Part shown: positions 1 through 8,619 of the stretch, one piece after another
Numbering within the stretch: position 1 is the first letter of the stretch
Layout: every line of letters begins with the position of its first letter
Assembly: GCA_963728205.1 (NCBI GenBank)
Contig: CAVSIV010000001.1
Location: 1,088,001 to 1,152,000 of the forward strand
Source: an uncultured Chloroflexia bacterium
Lineage (GTDB): Bacteria > Chloroflexota > Dehalococcoidia > UBA2979
Length of the DNA: 64,000 nt
Direction: 5' to 3'
Position numbers and translations under genes: made by a program
The notes under the pieces: model-generated
What the model saw: only the letters and a program-made list of their open reading frames with translations
What the model was told of the DNA's origin: nothing
The model's database searches: none

Positions 1-5
1 CGATC

Positions 6-455
6 ATGGACGCGCTGCAAGACCTGCCTCCCGATGCGCGCTTCATGCACGCGTACACGAACAGCGCGCACCCGACGGCGTCGGCCGTGGCGCTGCGCAA
101 CCTGCAGATCTTCGAGGACGAGCACCTCGTGGAGAACGCGGGCGCAATGGGCGAGCGGATGGCGTCCGGGCTGCGCAACGCGCTCGGCGGGCACGCACAC
201 GTCACGAACATTCGCAGCCTGGGCCTGATGGCGGGCCTGACGCTCGTGCGCGACGCCGGCTCGGGTGAGGGCTACGACGCGTCGGAGGGCATCGGCGGCA
301 AGGTCGCGCGGCACATGCGCGAGGAGAGTGGCGTCATCACGCGGTTCGTGGGCGACCACATCGTCGTCGCGCCGCCGCTCGTGGTGAACGCGGACGAGGT
401 CGACACGATCGTCGGCGCCATCGATGCCGGGGTGCGCGCGGTCACGGGCGGCTAG
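6..455 (+). CDS. Class III PLP-dependent aminotransferase, C-terminal part (gene begins before window)
   Basis: HAYTNSAHPTASAVAL (H-G-x-T-x-x-G-H-P-like), IRSLGLMAG and IVVAPPLVV motifs typical of the class III aminotransferase C-terminus. Confidence 0.85.
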   Translation: MDALQDLPPDARFMHAYTNSAHPTASAVALRNLQIFEDEHLVENAGAMGERMASGLRNALGGHAHVTNIRSLGLMAGLTLVRDAGSGEGYDASEGIGGKVARHMREESGVITRFVGDHIVVAPPLVVNADEVDTIVGAIDAGVRAVTGG

Positions 456-473
456 CCCCTGAACGTGAGATTC

Positions 474-487
474 GATCAGATCTGATC
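474..487. promoter_or_regulatory. Perfect 14-bp palindrome GATCAGATCTGATC, candidate TF operator
   Basis: Self-complementary, AT-richer than surroundings, 15 bp upstream of a TTGACG -35. Confidence 0.45.
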
Positions 488-502
488 ATCGGCCTGTACG
501 GA

Positions 503-530
503 TTGACGGCTTCCGCGTTCAACCCGTAAT
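503..530 (+). promoter_or_regulatory. sigma70-like promoter (TTGACG-N16-CGTAAT)
   Basis: Near-consensus -35 at 503-508 and weak -10 at 525-530. Confidence 0.45.
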
Positions 531-536
531 GTCGAG

Positions 537-691
537 AGCAGGAAAGGGGGTGATGCCAGTGACTGACGACAGTAGTCACCAAACCATGGGAGTGGACAAA
601 GGCATCTCGAAGGGGGTGCCGTCCAGTTAACGCCCCCTTGGCGTAGTGACACCTGGGCGTCCTCCCTTCGGGGAGGGCGCCCATTCATTTT
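537..691 (+). ncRNA. Candidate structured small RNA or sORF transcript (possible 23-aa ORF 559-630)
   Basis: Bounded by promoter and terminator; extended SD GGAAAGGGGGTGAT; hairpins at 559-579 and 593-625. Confidence 0.5.
654..691 (+). terminator. Intrinsic terminator
   Basis: TGGGCGTCCTCCC-TTCG-GGGAGGGCGCCCA 13-bp stem with UUCG loop, followed by TTCATTTT. Confidence 0.8.
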
Positions 692-752
692 GCCCGACCA
701 CGATGACGCTGCCGCTCGCGCCGATTCCGGTTCGCGAGCACAATCCGACCTC

Positions 753-1542
753 ATGCCGTTCGATCTCGACCGCTACCGCAGCCGCTTCCCGGGCGGGTCC
801 GTGGGCGCCGCTGTGTCGTTTCGCGAGTCGACGGCGTCGACGATGGACGATGCGCGGGCGGGCGCGGACGGCGGCGGCGGCTGCGGCACCGCTTACGTGG
901 CGGGCGAGCAGACCGCAGGCCGCGGCAGACAGGGGCGGTCGTGGGTTTCCGCGGCCGCGGCCGGGCTCTACGTCACGTATCACCTGTGTCCGGCGACGCC
1001 CGAGCGCGCACCGCTGCTGTCGATTGCCGGCGGGGTCGCGGTCGCGGAAGCGATCGAGGCGGCCGCCGGGCTCCGCGTCGACCTGAAGTGGCCGAACGAC
1101 GTGCTGCACGGCGGGCGCAAGCTGGCGGGCATCCTGGCGGAGGCGCGCCACGGCGTGTCGCGGTTCGACGTGCTGCTCGGCATCGGCATCAACCTGCGCA
1201 CGGCGGACGCGCTGCCCGTGGAGGTAGCCGCCATCGCGACGAGCGTGGAGCAGGCGGGCGCGCCTGCGCCGGCCCCCGAGGTGCTGCTCGCGGCGCTGTC
1301 GGGCGCGCTCGGGCGTCGGGCCGCGCAGGCGGAGGCGGAGCCGGCGGCGCTCGTGGCGGAGTGGCGCGCGCGCCTCGTCACGCTGGGGCAGCGCGTGCGC
1401 TTCGAGGCGCCGGCGGGACCCGTGGAGGGCGAGGCGGTGGACGTGACGCCGCGCGGCGAGCTCGGTGCTGCGGCTGCCGGACGGTCGCACGCGGGCGTTC
1501 GCCGCCGGTGACGTGCACACGATCGGCGAACGCCGGGCGTAA
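753..1542 (+). CDS. birA: Biotin--protein ligase (no N-terminal HTH); apparent +1 frameshift near 1464
   Basis: STASTMD, QTAGRGRQGRSW, LKWPNDV, KLAGIL, GIGIN motifs; the C-terminal SH3-like end GEL-VLRLPDGRTRAFAAGDVH continues in a shifted frame to TAA at 1540-1542. Confidence 0.9.
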
Positions 1543-1699
1543 CGCCCGCCGGTCCGCGAGGGCCCGCCGAGTGGGCGCCCCGCGCAAGCCGCCGCGCGCA
1601 AGCCGCTGCGACCGACCGCGAGACGTGCACCCGGTCGCGAGCGCCCGTGGAGCATGCGCGACCCGCGGGCGCTACGCCCGGCGTGCGCCCAGGGGTGGT

Positions 1700-1728
1700 T
1701 TGACCCTGCCGAGGCCGCTGCCTAGGCT
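1700..1728 (+). promoter_or_regulatory. his operon promoter TTGACC-N17-TAGGCT
   Basis: Canonical spacing; -10 of TAnnnT type; 10 nt upstream of the leader ATG. Confidence 0.6.
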
Positions 1729-1738
1729 CGATCTCACG

Positions 1739-1825
1739 ATGAACCGGCCCACCGCCTTCGCCGCCGCGCCCCACGCTCATGTGCATGCGCACTGTGTGCC
1801 GTCGCGCGCCTGCCGGTTCGAGTAG
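1739..1825 (+). CDS. His-rich leader (attenuator) peptide MNRPTAFAAAPHAHVHAHCVPSRACRFE
   Basis: Four alternating His codons; directly upstream of hisZ; followed by a GC hairpin at about 1849-1876 and TCTTCGTCT. Confidence 0.75.
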   Translation: MNRPTAFAAAPHAHVHAHCVPSRACRFE

Positions 1826-1951
1826 CCACACCACTTCGCACCGACATCCGCCGCGACGGCTCGGAGCCTCGCGGCGTCTTCGTCTGTCCGAAACGCCCCG
1901 GGGCGCCTGCGCGCGACAGGTGGCGGGAGCACACGGGGAGGGACACGTACA

Positions 1952-2995
1952 ATGCCCGTCGACGCCGAACCACAGCGAGAGACGAGGGACGCGCCGGTGC
2001 CGGATCGCGGGCTGCGCAGCCGCGGCATGCGGGACCTCGCGCCCGACGAGATGGCGCGCTTCCGTCGCGTCGAGCGCGCGTTCCTCGACACCGCCGGCGC
2101 GCGCGGCTACCGCGAGATCCGCACCCCCGCGATCGAGCCGCTCCACCTCTTCACCGCCGCCGGCGCGCTCTCGCCGCAGGCGCTCGACCGCGTCTACTCC
2201 TTCCTCGACTGGGACGGCTGGAGCGGCGAGCGCGTCGTGCTCAGCCCGGACGCCACCGTCGCCGTCGCGCGCTGGTTCGTGGAGGAGGCGGCGGGCAACG
2301 GGCCGGAGCGCCTCTGCTACGTGCAGCCCGCGTACCGCTTCGCCGACGGCGAGAAGGATCGCGTGGTGTGGCAGTGCGGCGTCGAGCTCTTCGGCCTCGC
2401 CGCGGCCGAGGCCGATGCCGAGCTGCTCGTGCTCGCGCGCGACCTGCTGCAGGCGTTCGGCCTGCGCGAGCTCTCCTGCGACCTCGCGCACGCGGGGCTG
2501 GCGCGCGCGGTCTTCGCCGCCGCCGGCCTCTCGTCGACGGAGCAGCTCGACGCCTACGACCGCATGCTCGACGGCGACGTGACCGTCGCCGAGCAGATCG
2601 CGGCGGCGCGGCCGGAGGGCACCTCCGCGCTGCGGCTGCTCGCCGACGTCGACGGCGCCGCGGCCGGCTACATCGCGAACCTGCGCGCGGCCATGCTCGC
2701 CGTGGTGCCGGGCGCCGCCGGCCCGCTCGACGAGCTGGAGTCGGCCGCGCGCGCGCTCGACGCCGCCGGCGTGCCCTACCGCGTGCTCCCCGGCACGGCG
2801 CGCAACTTCGAGTACTACACGGGCGTGACCTTCCGCATGCGCGCCGGCGACGAGGAATGCGTGACCGGCGGCCGCTACGACGGTCTGGTCGCGACGATCG
2901 GCGGCGACGCCGCGCCGGGCTCCGGCTTCGCCGCCGATCTGCTGCGCCTCGCGCGGCTTGCGCCCGACGTGGCCGTCGACGGCGGCGCGCGATGA
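1952..2995 (+). CDS. hisZ: ATP phosphoribosyltransferase regulatory subunit
   Basis: HisRS-like fold (GYREIRTP, LSPDATVAVAR, QCGVEL, EYYTGVTF, GGRYDGL) lacking the anticodon domain; ATGA overlap with hisG. Confidence 0.9.
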   Translation: MPVDAEPQRETRDAPVPDRGLRSRGMRDLAPDEMARFRRVERAFLDTAGARGYREIRTPAIEPLHLFTAAGALSPQALDRVYSFLDWDGWSGERVVLSPDATVAVARWFVEEAAGNGPERLCYVQPAYRFADGEKDRVVWQCGVELFGLAAAEADAELLVLARDLLQAFGLRELSCDLAHAGLARAVFAAAGLSSTEQLDAYDRMLDGDVTVAEQIAAARPEGTSALRLLADVDGAAAGYIANLRAAMLAVVPGAAGPLDELESAARALDAAGVPYRVLPGTARNFEYYTGVTFRMRAGDEECVTGGRYDGLVATIGGDAAPGSGFAADLLRLARLAPDVAVDGGAR

Positions 2996-4425
2996 GCGCC
3001 GCCGACCCGCGTCCGATCCGCGTCGCGCTGCCGCGCGGCGACCTGCGCGGCCCGCTCGCCGAGCGGCTGCGCGCGGCCGGCTTCGTCGCCGAGGGCTACG
3101 GCGAGGGCTCGCGCACCTATCGCTTCGACGTCGCCGGCCGGCCAGGCGTCGTCGTGCGCGCGTTCTCCGACGCCGACATCCCGATCCAGGTCGCGCTCGG
3201 CCAGTACGACCTCGGCGTCGCGAGCCGCACCTGGATCGACGAGCTGCTCGTGCGCTACCGCCACGACTCGATCGTGCCGCTGCGGCCGCTCGACCTCGGA
3301 GGCGAGCGGCTCGTGCTGGCCGGCGCGCCCGGGGCGCGGATCGACGCGCTCGTCGCGGCGGGGCCGGTGCGCGTCGCGACCGAGTACCCGCACGTCGCGC
3401 AGCACTACCTCAACCGCCTGCGCGTGCCCGACTACCGCCTGTACGAGGTCTGGGCGCAGGCCGAGGCGTGGCCGCCCGACGACGCCGACCTCGCATTGAC
3501 CACCGACGCCGCGGCTGCGCGCGAGGGGCTGGAGCCCGTCGGCGCCGTGCACGCCGGCGGCGTGTGGCTGATCGGCAACCGCGAGGCGCTGGCCACGCGC
3601 GACCTCTCGGCGGCGCTCGAGCCGCTGCTCGCGCTGCCCCGCGGCTCGCTCGAGAGCGGGCTCGTGGAGCCCGCGCCGCTGACCGGCGCGCGCCGCGCGC
3701 CGACCCGCGCGCCGGCCGCGCGCGAGTCCTTCCGCATCGCCGTCCCCGACGGCCACGCGCAGCGCCACACCGTCGCCGCGCTGGCCGCCGCGGGCATCGC
3801 CTTCGCCGGATACGACGAGCAGCGCACGCTGCGCCGCCCCACCTCCGACCGCGAGGGCGTGGAGGTGAAGGTGATCCGTCCGCAGGACATGCCGCGCGCC
3901 GTGGCGCTCGGCCACTTCGACCTCGCGCTCACGGGACGCGACTGGCTGCGCGCGCAGCTCGCCACGTTCCCCTCGGCGCCGGTCGTCGAGCTGTGCGACC
4001 TCGGGCGGTCGAAGTACCGGCTCGGCGCGGTCGTGCCGGAGGATCTGCCGGCGGAGAACATCGGCGAGGCGGTCGCGTACTGGCGGCGCGACGACCCGAC
4101 GCGCGCGATCCGCGTGGCGTCCGAGTACGCCTCGCTTGCCGACGAGTACGCGCGCGCGCGGCACCTCGGCCGCTACCGCGTGATCCCGATCTCGGGGGCA
4201 TCGGAGGGGTTCGTCCCGGAGGACGCCGAGATCCTGATCGAGGGCACGGAAACCGGCACGACGCTGCGTGCCAACCGGCTGCACATGATCGATGTGATCA
4301 TGGAGTCGACGAACTGCGCCATCGGCGCGCCGGTCCGCCCGCCGGGCCGGCGTGGCACACTGCGCGATGAGTTCGTCGAACGCCTGCGGGCGGCCGCGGC
4401 GGTCGCCGAGCGGGTCGAGTCGTAG
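2992..4425 (+). CDS. hisG: ATP phosphoribosyltransferase, tandem duplicated short-form HisG (477 aa)
   Basis: Two HisG repeats: IRVALPRG..DIPIQVALGQYDLGV..RVATEYP, and FRIAVPDG..RPQDMPRAVALGHFDLALTGRD..RVASEY..GASE..TETGTTLRANRL. Confidence 0.88.
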   Translation: MSAADPRPIRVALPRGDLRGPLAERLRAAGFVAEGYGEGSRTYRFDVAGRPGVVVRAFSDADIPIQVALGQYDLGVASRTWIDELLVRYRHDSIVPLRPLDLGGERLVLAGAPGARIDALVAAGPVRVATEYPHVAQHYLNRLRVPDYRLYEVWAQAEAWPPDDADLALTTDAAAAREGLEPVGAVHAGGVWLIGNREALATRDLSAALEPLLALPRGSLESGLVEPAPLTGARRAPTRAPAARESFRIAVPDGHAQRHTVAALAAAGIAFAGYDEQRTLRRPTSDREGVEVKVIRPQDMPRAVALGHFDLALTGRDWLRAQLATFPSAPVVELCDLGRSKYRLGAVVPEDLPAENIGEAVAYWRRDDPTRAIRVASEYASLADEYARARHLGRYRVIPISGASEGFVPEDAEILIEGTETGTTLRANRLHMIDVIMESTNCAIGAPVRPPGRRGTLRDEFVERLRAAAAVAERVES

Positions 4426-4454
4426 ACGGCGGCGGAGAGGGACGGGTCGAGGCG

Positions 4455-5204
4455 ATGCCTTCGCTGGGGTCGCACATGGCACGCGCGCGGGCGGTCGCGG
4501 ACCGGCTGCGGCTGCGCGACATCGACGTCGACCGCGGGTCGTACTACTTCGGCGCGACCGCGCCGGACATCCGCGTGATCACGCGCCTCGACCGCGAGTT
4601 CACGCACTTCTACCGGCTCGACGACTTCGAGCGGCAGGACTCCGTGCGGCGCATGTTCGAGGAGAATCCGGGGCTCGCGCAGCCGGCCGGCCTCGACGCG
4701 GCGACCACGGCGTTCGTGGCCGGCTACATCACGCACCTCGTGCTCGACGAGCGCTACATCGAGGACGTCTACCGCCCGCAGTTCGGGCACGACTCGCCGA
4801 TCGCCGACGACCCGCGCCGCAACGTGCTCGATCGCGCGTTGCAGTACGAGCTCGACCGGCGCGACCGCGAGGACCGCGATGGGATGCTCGCCGTGCGCGA
4901 CGCGCTCATGAGCTGCGCGCCGCCGCACGACATCCCGTTCATCGACGACGAGCACCTGGTGCAGTGGCGCGCCGTCGCGGCCGACGTCGCCGCGCAGGAG
5001 CCCGACTACAGCCGCTTTCGACGCATGATGGTGCGCCACCTGGCCGCCGCCGGACTGAGCGAGGACGAGATCGACACGTACTGCGACACCCCGGAGGCGC
5101 TCGTCCGCAGCGCCTTCGACCACGTGACCGACGAGCGCATCGACCGCTTCTGGGCCGAGGCCGACGCGGAGATGTTCGAGCGCGTGCGGGAGTACCTGCG
5201 ATGA
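4455..5204 (+). CDS. Zinc-dependent phospholipase C/P1-nuclease-like family protein
   Basis: N-terminal MPxxxSH, GATAPD, THF and GYITHLVLD metal-ligand pattern. Confidence 0.65.
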   Translation: MPSLGSHMARARAVADRLRLRDIDVDRGSYYFGATAPDIRVITRLDREFTHFYRLDDFERQDSVRRMFEENPGLAQPAGLDAATTAFVAGYITHLVLDERYIEDVYRPQFGHDSPIADDPRRNVLDRALQYELDRRDREDRDGMLAVRDALMSCAPPHDIPFIDDEHLVQWRAVAADVAAQEPDYSRFRRMMVRHLAAAGLSEDEIDTYCDTPEALVRSAFDHVTDERIDRFWAEADAEMFERVREYLR

Positions 5205-6562
5205 CGCCCCCCACGACGTCGTCCGCGGTGGAGCTGACGCTGCGCATCGTGGAGGGAGCGGAACGGGGCCGCGCCGAGGTGCTGCGCCGCGCACCGCTCT
5301 CGGAGCCCGCGCTGCCGGACTCGCTGCAGCGGAGCATCGACGAGCTGTGGGGCGAGCCGGTGACCGCGCGCGATCACGTCGCGCGGATCATCGCCGACGT
5401 ACAGCGCGAGGGCGACGCGGCGGTGCAGCGCTACTCGCAGCGCTTCGACGGCTCGCAGTACACCGCGATCGAGGTGACGCACGAGGAGTTCGAGCGCGCG
5501 TTCGCGGAAGTGTCGCCGGCCGAGCGCGACGCGATCGAGTTCGCGGTCGAGCGCGTGCGGCACTACCACCGGCTGCAGCTCGAGCACGGGCCGACGTCGT
5601 TCAGCGAGCGCGGCACGGGGATGATGGTGCGGCCGCTCCAGACCGCCGGCATCTACATGGCCGGGACCGACGCCGCGCTGCCGTCGTCCGTGATCCACAC
5701 GGGCGTGCCCGGCGCGGTCGCGGGCGTGGAGCACCTGATCGGCGTGACGGCCGCGCGTGCGGACGGCTCGGTGAACCCGCTGAAGCTCGTCGCCGCGCAG
5801 CTCTCGGGCGTGCGGCGCGTGTTCCGCGCGTCGGGCGCGCAGGCGATCGCCGCGCTCGCGTTCGGCACGGAGACGATCCCGCGCGTCGACAAGATCTTCG
5901 GACCGGGCGGCATCTTCGTGACGCTCGCGAAGCAGCAACTCTTCGGTCGCGTCGGCATCGATGCCATCTACGGGCCGACCGAGACGCTCGTGCTCGCCGA
6001 CGACGCGGCCGCGCCGGACCTCTGCGCGGCCGACCTGCTGGCGCAGGCCGAGCACGACGTGCTCGCCACGCCGATCCTGATCACGACGAGCGTCGAGCAC
6101 GCGCGCGCCGTCGCCGCGGAGGTGGAGGCGCAACTGGAGACACTCGAGCGCGCCGAGATCGCGCGTGCCGCGATCCGCCGTGGGGGCGCCGTGGTGGTGC
6201 ACGACCTCGACGAGGGGCTCGGGCTTGCGAACGAGTTCGCGCCGGAGCACCTCTGCCTGCTCGTCGCCGAGCCGGAGCGGCTGGTGTCGCGCGTGCGCAA
6301 CGCCGGCGGCGTGTTCGTCGGCGAGTCGTCGCCGGAGGTGCTGGGCGACTACACCGCGGGCCCGAGCCACGTGATGCCGACCGGCGGCTCGGCGCGCTTC
6401 GCGTCGCCGCTGTCGGTGCTCGACTTCCTCAAGGTGACGTCCACGGTGTCGCTGAGCGACGAGGACCTCAATCGGCTCGGGCCGTTCGCGGCGACGCTTG
6501 CGCGCGCCGAGGGCCTGACCGCGCACGCCCGCAGCATCGAGCGACGCCTGGAGGGACGATGA
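5201..6562 (+). CDS. hisD: Histidinol dehydrogenase
   Basis: GAQAIAALAFGTE, DKIFGPG, GPTE, AQAEHD, APEHL, GDYTAGPSHVMPTGG motifs. Confidence 0.97.
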   Translation: MTPPTTSSAVELTLRIVEGAERGRAEVLRRAPLSEPALPDSLQRSIDELWGEPVTARDHVARIIADVQREGDAAVQRYSQRFDGSQYTAIEVTHEEFERAFAEVSPAERDAIEFAVERVRHYHRLQLEHGPTSFSERGTGMMVRPLQTAGIYMAGTDAALPSSVIHTGVPGAVAGVEHLIGVTAARADGSVNPLKLVAAQLSGVRRVFRASGAQAIAALAFGTETIPRVDKIFGPGGIFVTLAKQQLFGRVGIDAIYGPTETLVLADDAAAPDLCAADLLAQAEHDVLATPILITTSVEHARAVAAEVEAQLETLERAEIARAAIRRGGAVVVHDLDEGLGLANEFAPEHLCLLVAEPERLVSRVRNAGGVFVGESSPEVLGDYTAGPSHVMPTGGSARFASPLSVLDFLKVTSTVSLSDEDLNRLGPFAATLARAEGLTAHARSIERRLEGR

Positions 6563-7752
6563 CGCCGCCGAACGACCGTCGCGCCGAGCGCGAGCGCGGC
6601 TCCTCCGGCCGTGCGCCGCGCGGGCGGTTCGACCCGCTCCGCGGGGAGCGCGAGCGCTTCGATCCGGAACTCGCCCTGCGATCGGCGATCCGCGATCTGC
6701 CCGGCTACCAGGGCGTCGAGGACCTCGACGCGGTGGCGGCCGAGTACGGCGTGCGCGCCGCCGACGTGATCAAGCTCGACGGCAACGAGAACCCGTACGG
6801 CGCATCGCCGCAGGCGCTCGGCGCGCTGCGCGGCGACTACCCCGTGCACCGCTACCCCGACGCCGAGCAGCGACGGCTGCGGGCGGCGATCGGCCGCTAC
6901 GTCGGGGTCGACCCCGCGAGCGTGGTCGTCGGCGCGGGCTCCGACGAGGTGATCGACATCCTCTTTCGGCTCTTCATCGACGCCGGCGATCGCATCGTCG
7001 TCGCGTCGCCCACCTTCGGCATGTACGACTTCGACGCGCGCCTGCGCGGCGCCGACGTGATCGACGTGCCGCGCGCCGACGACTGGAGCCTCGACGCCGA
7101 GGCGCTGGCCGACGCCGCGGCGGAGTCGCGCGCGGTGTTCATCCCGTCGCCGAACAACCCGACGGGCGGTCTGCTGCCGGTGCCGCTGCTCGAGCGGTTG
7201 CTCGACAGCGGCGCGCTGGTCGTGGTCGACGAGGCGTACATCGAGTTCGCGCACGCGGAGTCGCTCGCGCAGCGGGCGGCGACGGACCCGGCGCTGGTCG
7301 TGCTGCGCACGTTCAGCAAGTGGGGCGGGCTGGCGGGCCTGCGCATCGGCTACGGCGTGATGGCGCCGGCGCTCATCGACCTGATCCTACGCGCGAAGCA
7401 GCCGTACAACGTGAGCATCGCGGCCGAGGTCGCGGCGCTGGCGACGCTGGAGGACACGGCGGTGCTCGACGAGCGCGCGTGCGTGATCGCTGGCGAGCGC
7501 GAGCGCATGGCCGCGGCGCTGCGCGGGCTCGGCTGGGTCGAGCCGTGGCCGTCGGAGTCGAACTTCCTGCTGATGCGCCTCACGCGCGGCACCGGCCGCG
7601 AGGTGCGCGACGCGCTGCGTCGCCGGGGCGTGTTCGTGCGCTACTTCGACACGCCGCGCCTGCGCGACTGCATCCGGATGTCGATGGGCACGCCCGAGCA
7701 GAACGAGCGCGTGCTCGAGGTGTTCCGCGCCGTGGGCGAGGAACTCGCGTGA
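6559..7752 (+). CDS. hisC: Histidinol-phosphate aminotransferase
   Basis: KLDGNENPY, RYPD, GSDE, SPNNPTG, VVDEAY, LRTFSKWGGLAGLRIGY motifs. Confidence 0.96.
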   Translation: MTPPNDRRAERERGSSGRAPRGRFDPLRGERERFDPELALRSAIRDLPGYQGVEDLDAVAAEYGVRAADVIKLDGNENPYGASPQALGALRGDYPVHRYPDAEQRRLRAAIGRYVGVDPASVVVGAGSDEVIDILFRLFIDAGDRIVVASPTFGMYDFDARLRGADVIDVPRADDWSLDAEALADAAAESRAVFIPSPNNPTGGLLPVPLLERLLDSGALVVVDEAYIEFAHAESLAQRAATDPALVVLRTFSKWGGLAGLRIGYGVMAPALIDLILRAKQPYNVSIAAEVAALATLEDTAVLDERACVIAGERERMAAALRGLGWVEPWPSESNFLLMRLTRGTGREVRDALRRRGVFVRYFDTPRLRDCIRMSMGTPEQNERVLEVFRAVGEELA

Positions 7753-7820
7753 TGGTGGTGTCCGCGCGGGAGTTCCGCGCAGTGGGCGAGGAACTCGCGT
7801 GATGGTGGTGTCCGCGCGGG
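7722..7820 (+). repeat. Tandem direct duplication (49-bp unit, period 50) spanning the hisC stop
   Basis: GTTCCGCGC(C/A)GTGGGCGAGGAACTCGCGTGATGGTGGTGTCCGCGCGGG at 7722-7770 and 7772-7820. Confidence 0.9.
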
Positions 7821-7823
7821 CCG

Positions 7824-7988
7824 TCGCCCGCGTTCGCATCGGCGGCATGCTGCCGCCGCTTGCGACGGTCGCACGCGGCACGGTCCCGTCAAGCGGCGGC
7901 AGCATGCCGCCGACGCCGACGCGGGCGAGAGCCCGCTGACCACAGCGGCGGCAGCATGCCGCCGACGCCGACGCGGGCGAGAGCCCGC
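7824..7988. repeat. REP family A cluster: inverted doublet plus tandem third copy
   Basis: 39-bp imperfect inverted repeat 7824-7862/7890-7928 with core CAAGCGGCGGCAGCATGCCGCCGA; 7892-7936 repeated at 7944-7988. Confidence 0.85.
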
Positions 7989-8007
7989 GGCAACGCCGGG
8001 AGCACCG

Positions 8008-8616
8008 ATGACGATGCCGCACCCCAATCCACGCCGCGCGACCGTCGACCGCGAGACCGCCGAGACGCGCATCCACGTCGAGCTCACCGTCGACGGCAGC
8101 GGCCGCGCCGAGGTCTCGACGGGCATCGGCTTCTACGACCACATGCTCTCGGCGTTCGCGCGGCACGGGCGCTTCGACCTGCGCGTCGACGCGACCGGCG
8201 ACCTCCACGTCGACGCGCACCACACGATGGAGGACGTCGCCCTCGCGCTGGGGCAGGCGCTCGACGAGGCGCTCGGCGCGCGCGCCGGCATCGTGCGCAT
8301 GGGCGATGCGCTCGTGCCGCTCGACGAGGCGCTGGTGCAGGTGGTGGTCGACATCTCCGGGCGGCCGTTCGCCGCGACCGCGTTCGACTGGGTCGGCGAG
8401 CGCATCGGCGACGCACCGACGGAGATGGTCGCGCACGTGCTGCGCTCGTTCGCGACGACCGCGAAGCTCACGCTGCACGCGCGGCAGCTCGCCGGCGCGA
8501 ACGACCACCACATCGCGGAGGCGACGATGAAGGCGCTCGGACGCGCGCTCGACGCCGCGACGGCGCTCGACGCGCGCATCGCCGGCGAGGTGCCGTCGAC
8601 CAAGGGGACGATCTAG
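8008..8616 (+). CDS. hisB: Imidazoleglycerol-phosphate dehydratase
   Basis: RETAET, TGIGFYDHML, DAHHTMED, NDHHIAEA, PSTKG motifs. Confidence 0.97.
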   Translation: MTMPHPNPRRATVDRETAETRIHVELTVDGSGRAEVSTGIGFYDHMLSAFARHGRFDLRVDATGDLHVDAHHTMEDVALALGQALDEALGARAGIVRMGDALVPLDEALVQVVVDISGRPFAATAFDWVGERIGDAPTEMVAHVLRSFATTAKLTLHARQLAGANDHHIAEATMKALGRALDAATALDARIAGEVPSTKGTI

Positions 8617-8619
8617 CCG

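Noticed and set aside
537-691. Known riboswitch controlling birA, or a 16S rRNA fragment
   Set aside because: No recognisable aptamer consensus; similarity to 16S is limited to the complement of its 3' tail; birA appears to have its own -10-like CACAAT downstream of the terminator
1455-1542. birA as pseudogene or programmed frameshift
   Set aside because: Single extra G with no slippery site; both parts intact; most likely an assembly error
1952-2995. Histidyl-tRNA synthetase (hisS)
   Set aside because: Lacks the anticodon-binding domain and is coupled to short-form hisG, so it is HisZ
7722-7988. Possible mini CRISPR array
   Set aside because: No regular repeat-spacer periodicity with unique spacers, repeats are inverted or tandem, and no cas genes are present
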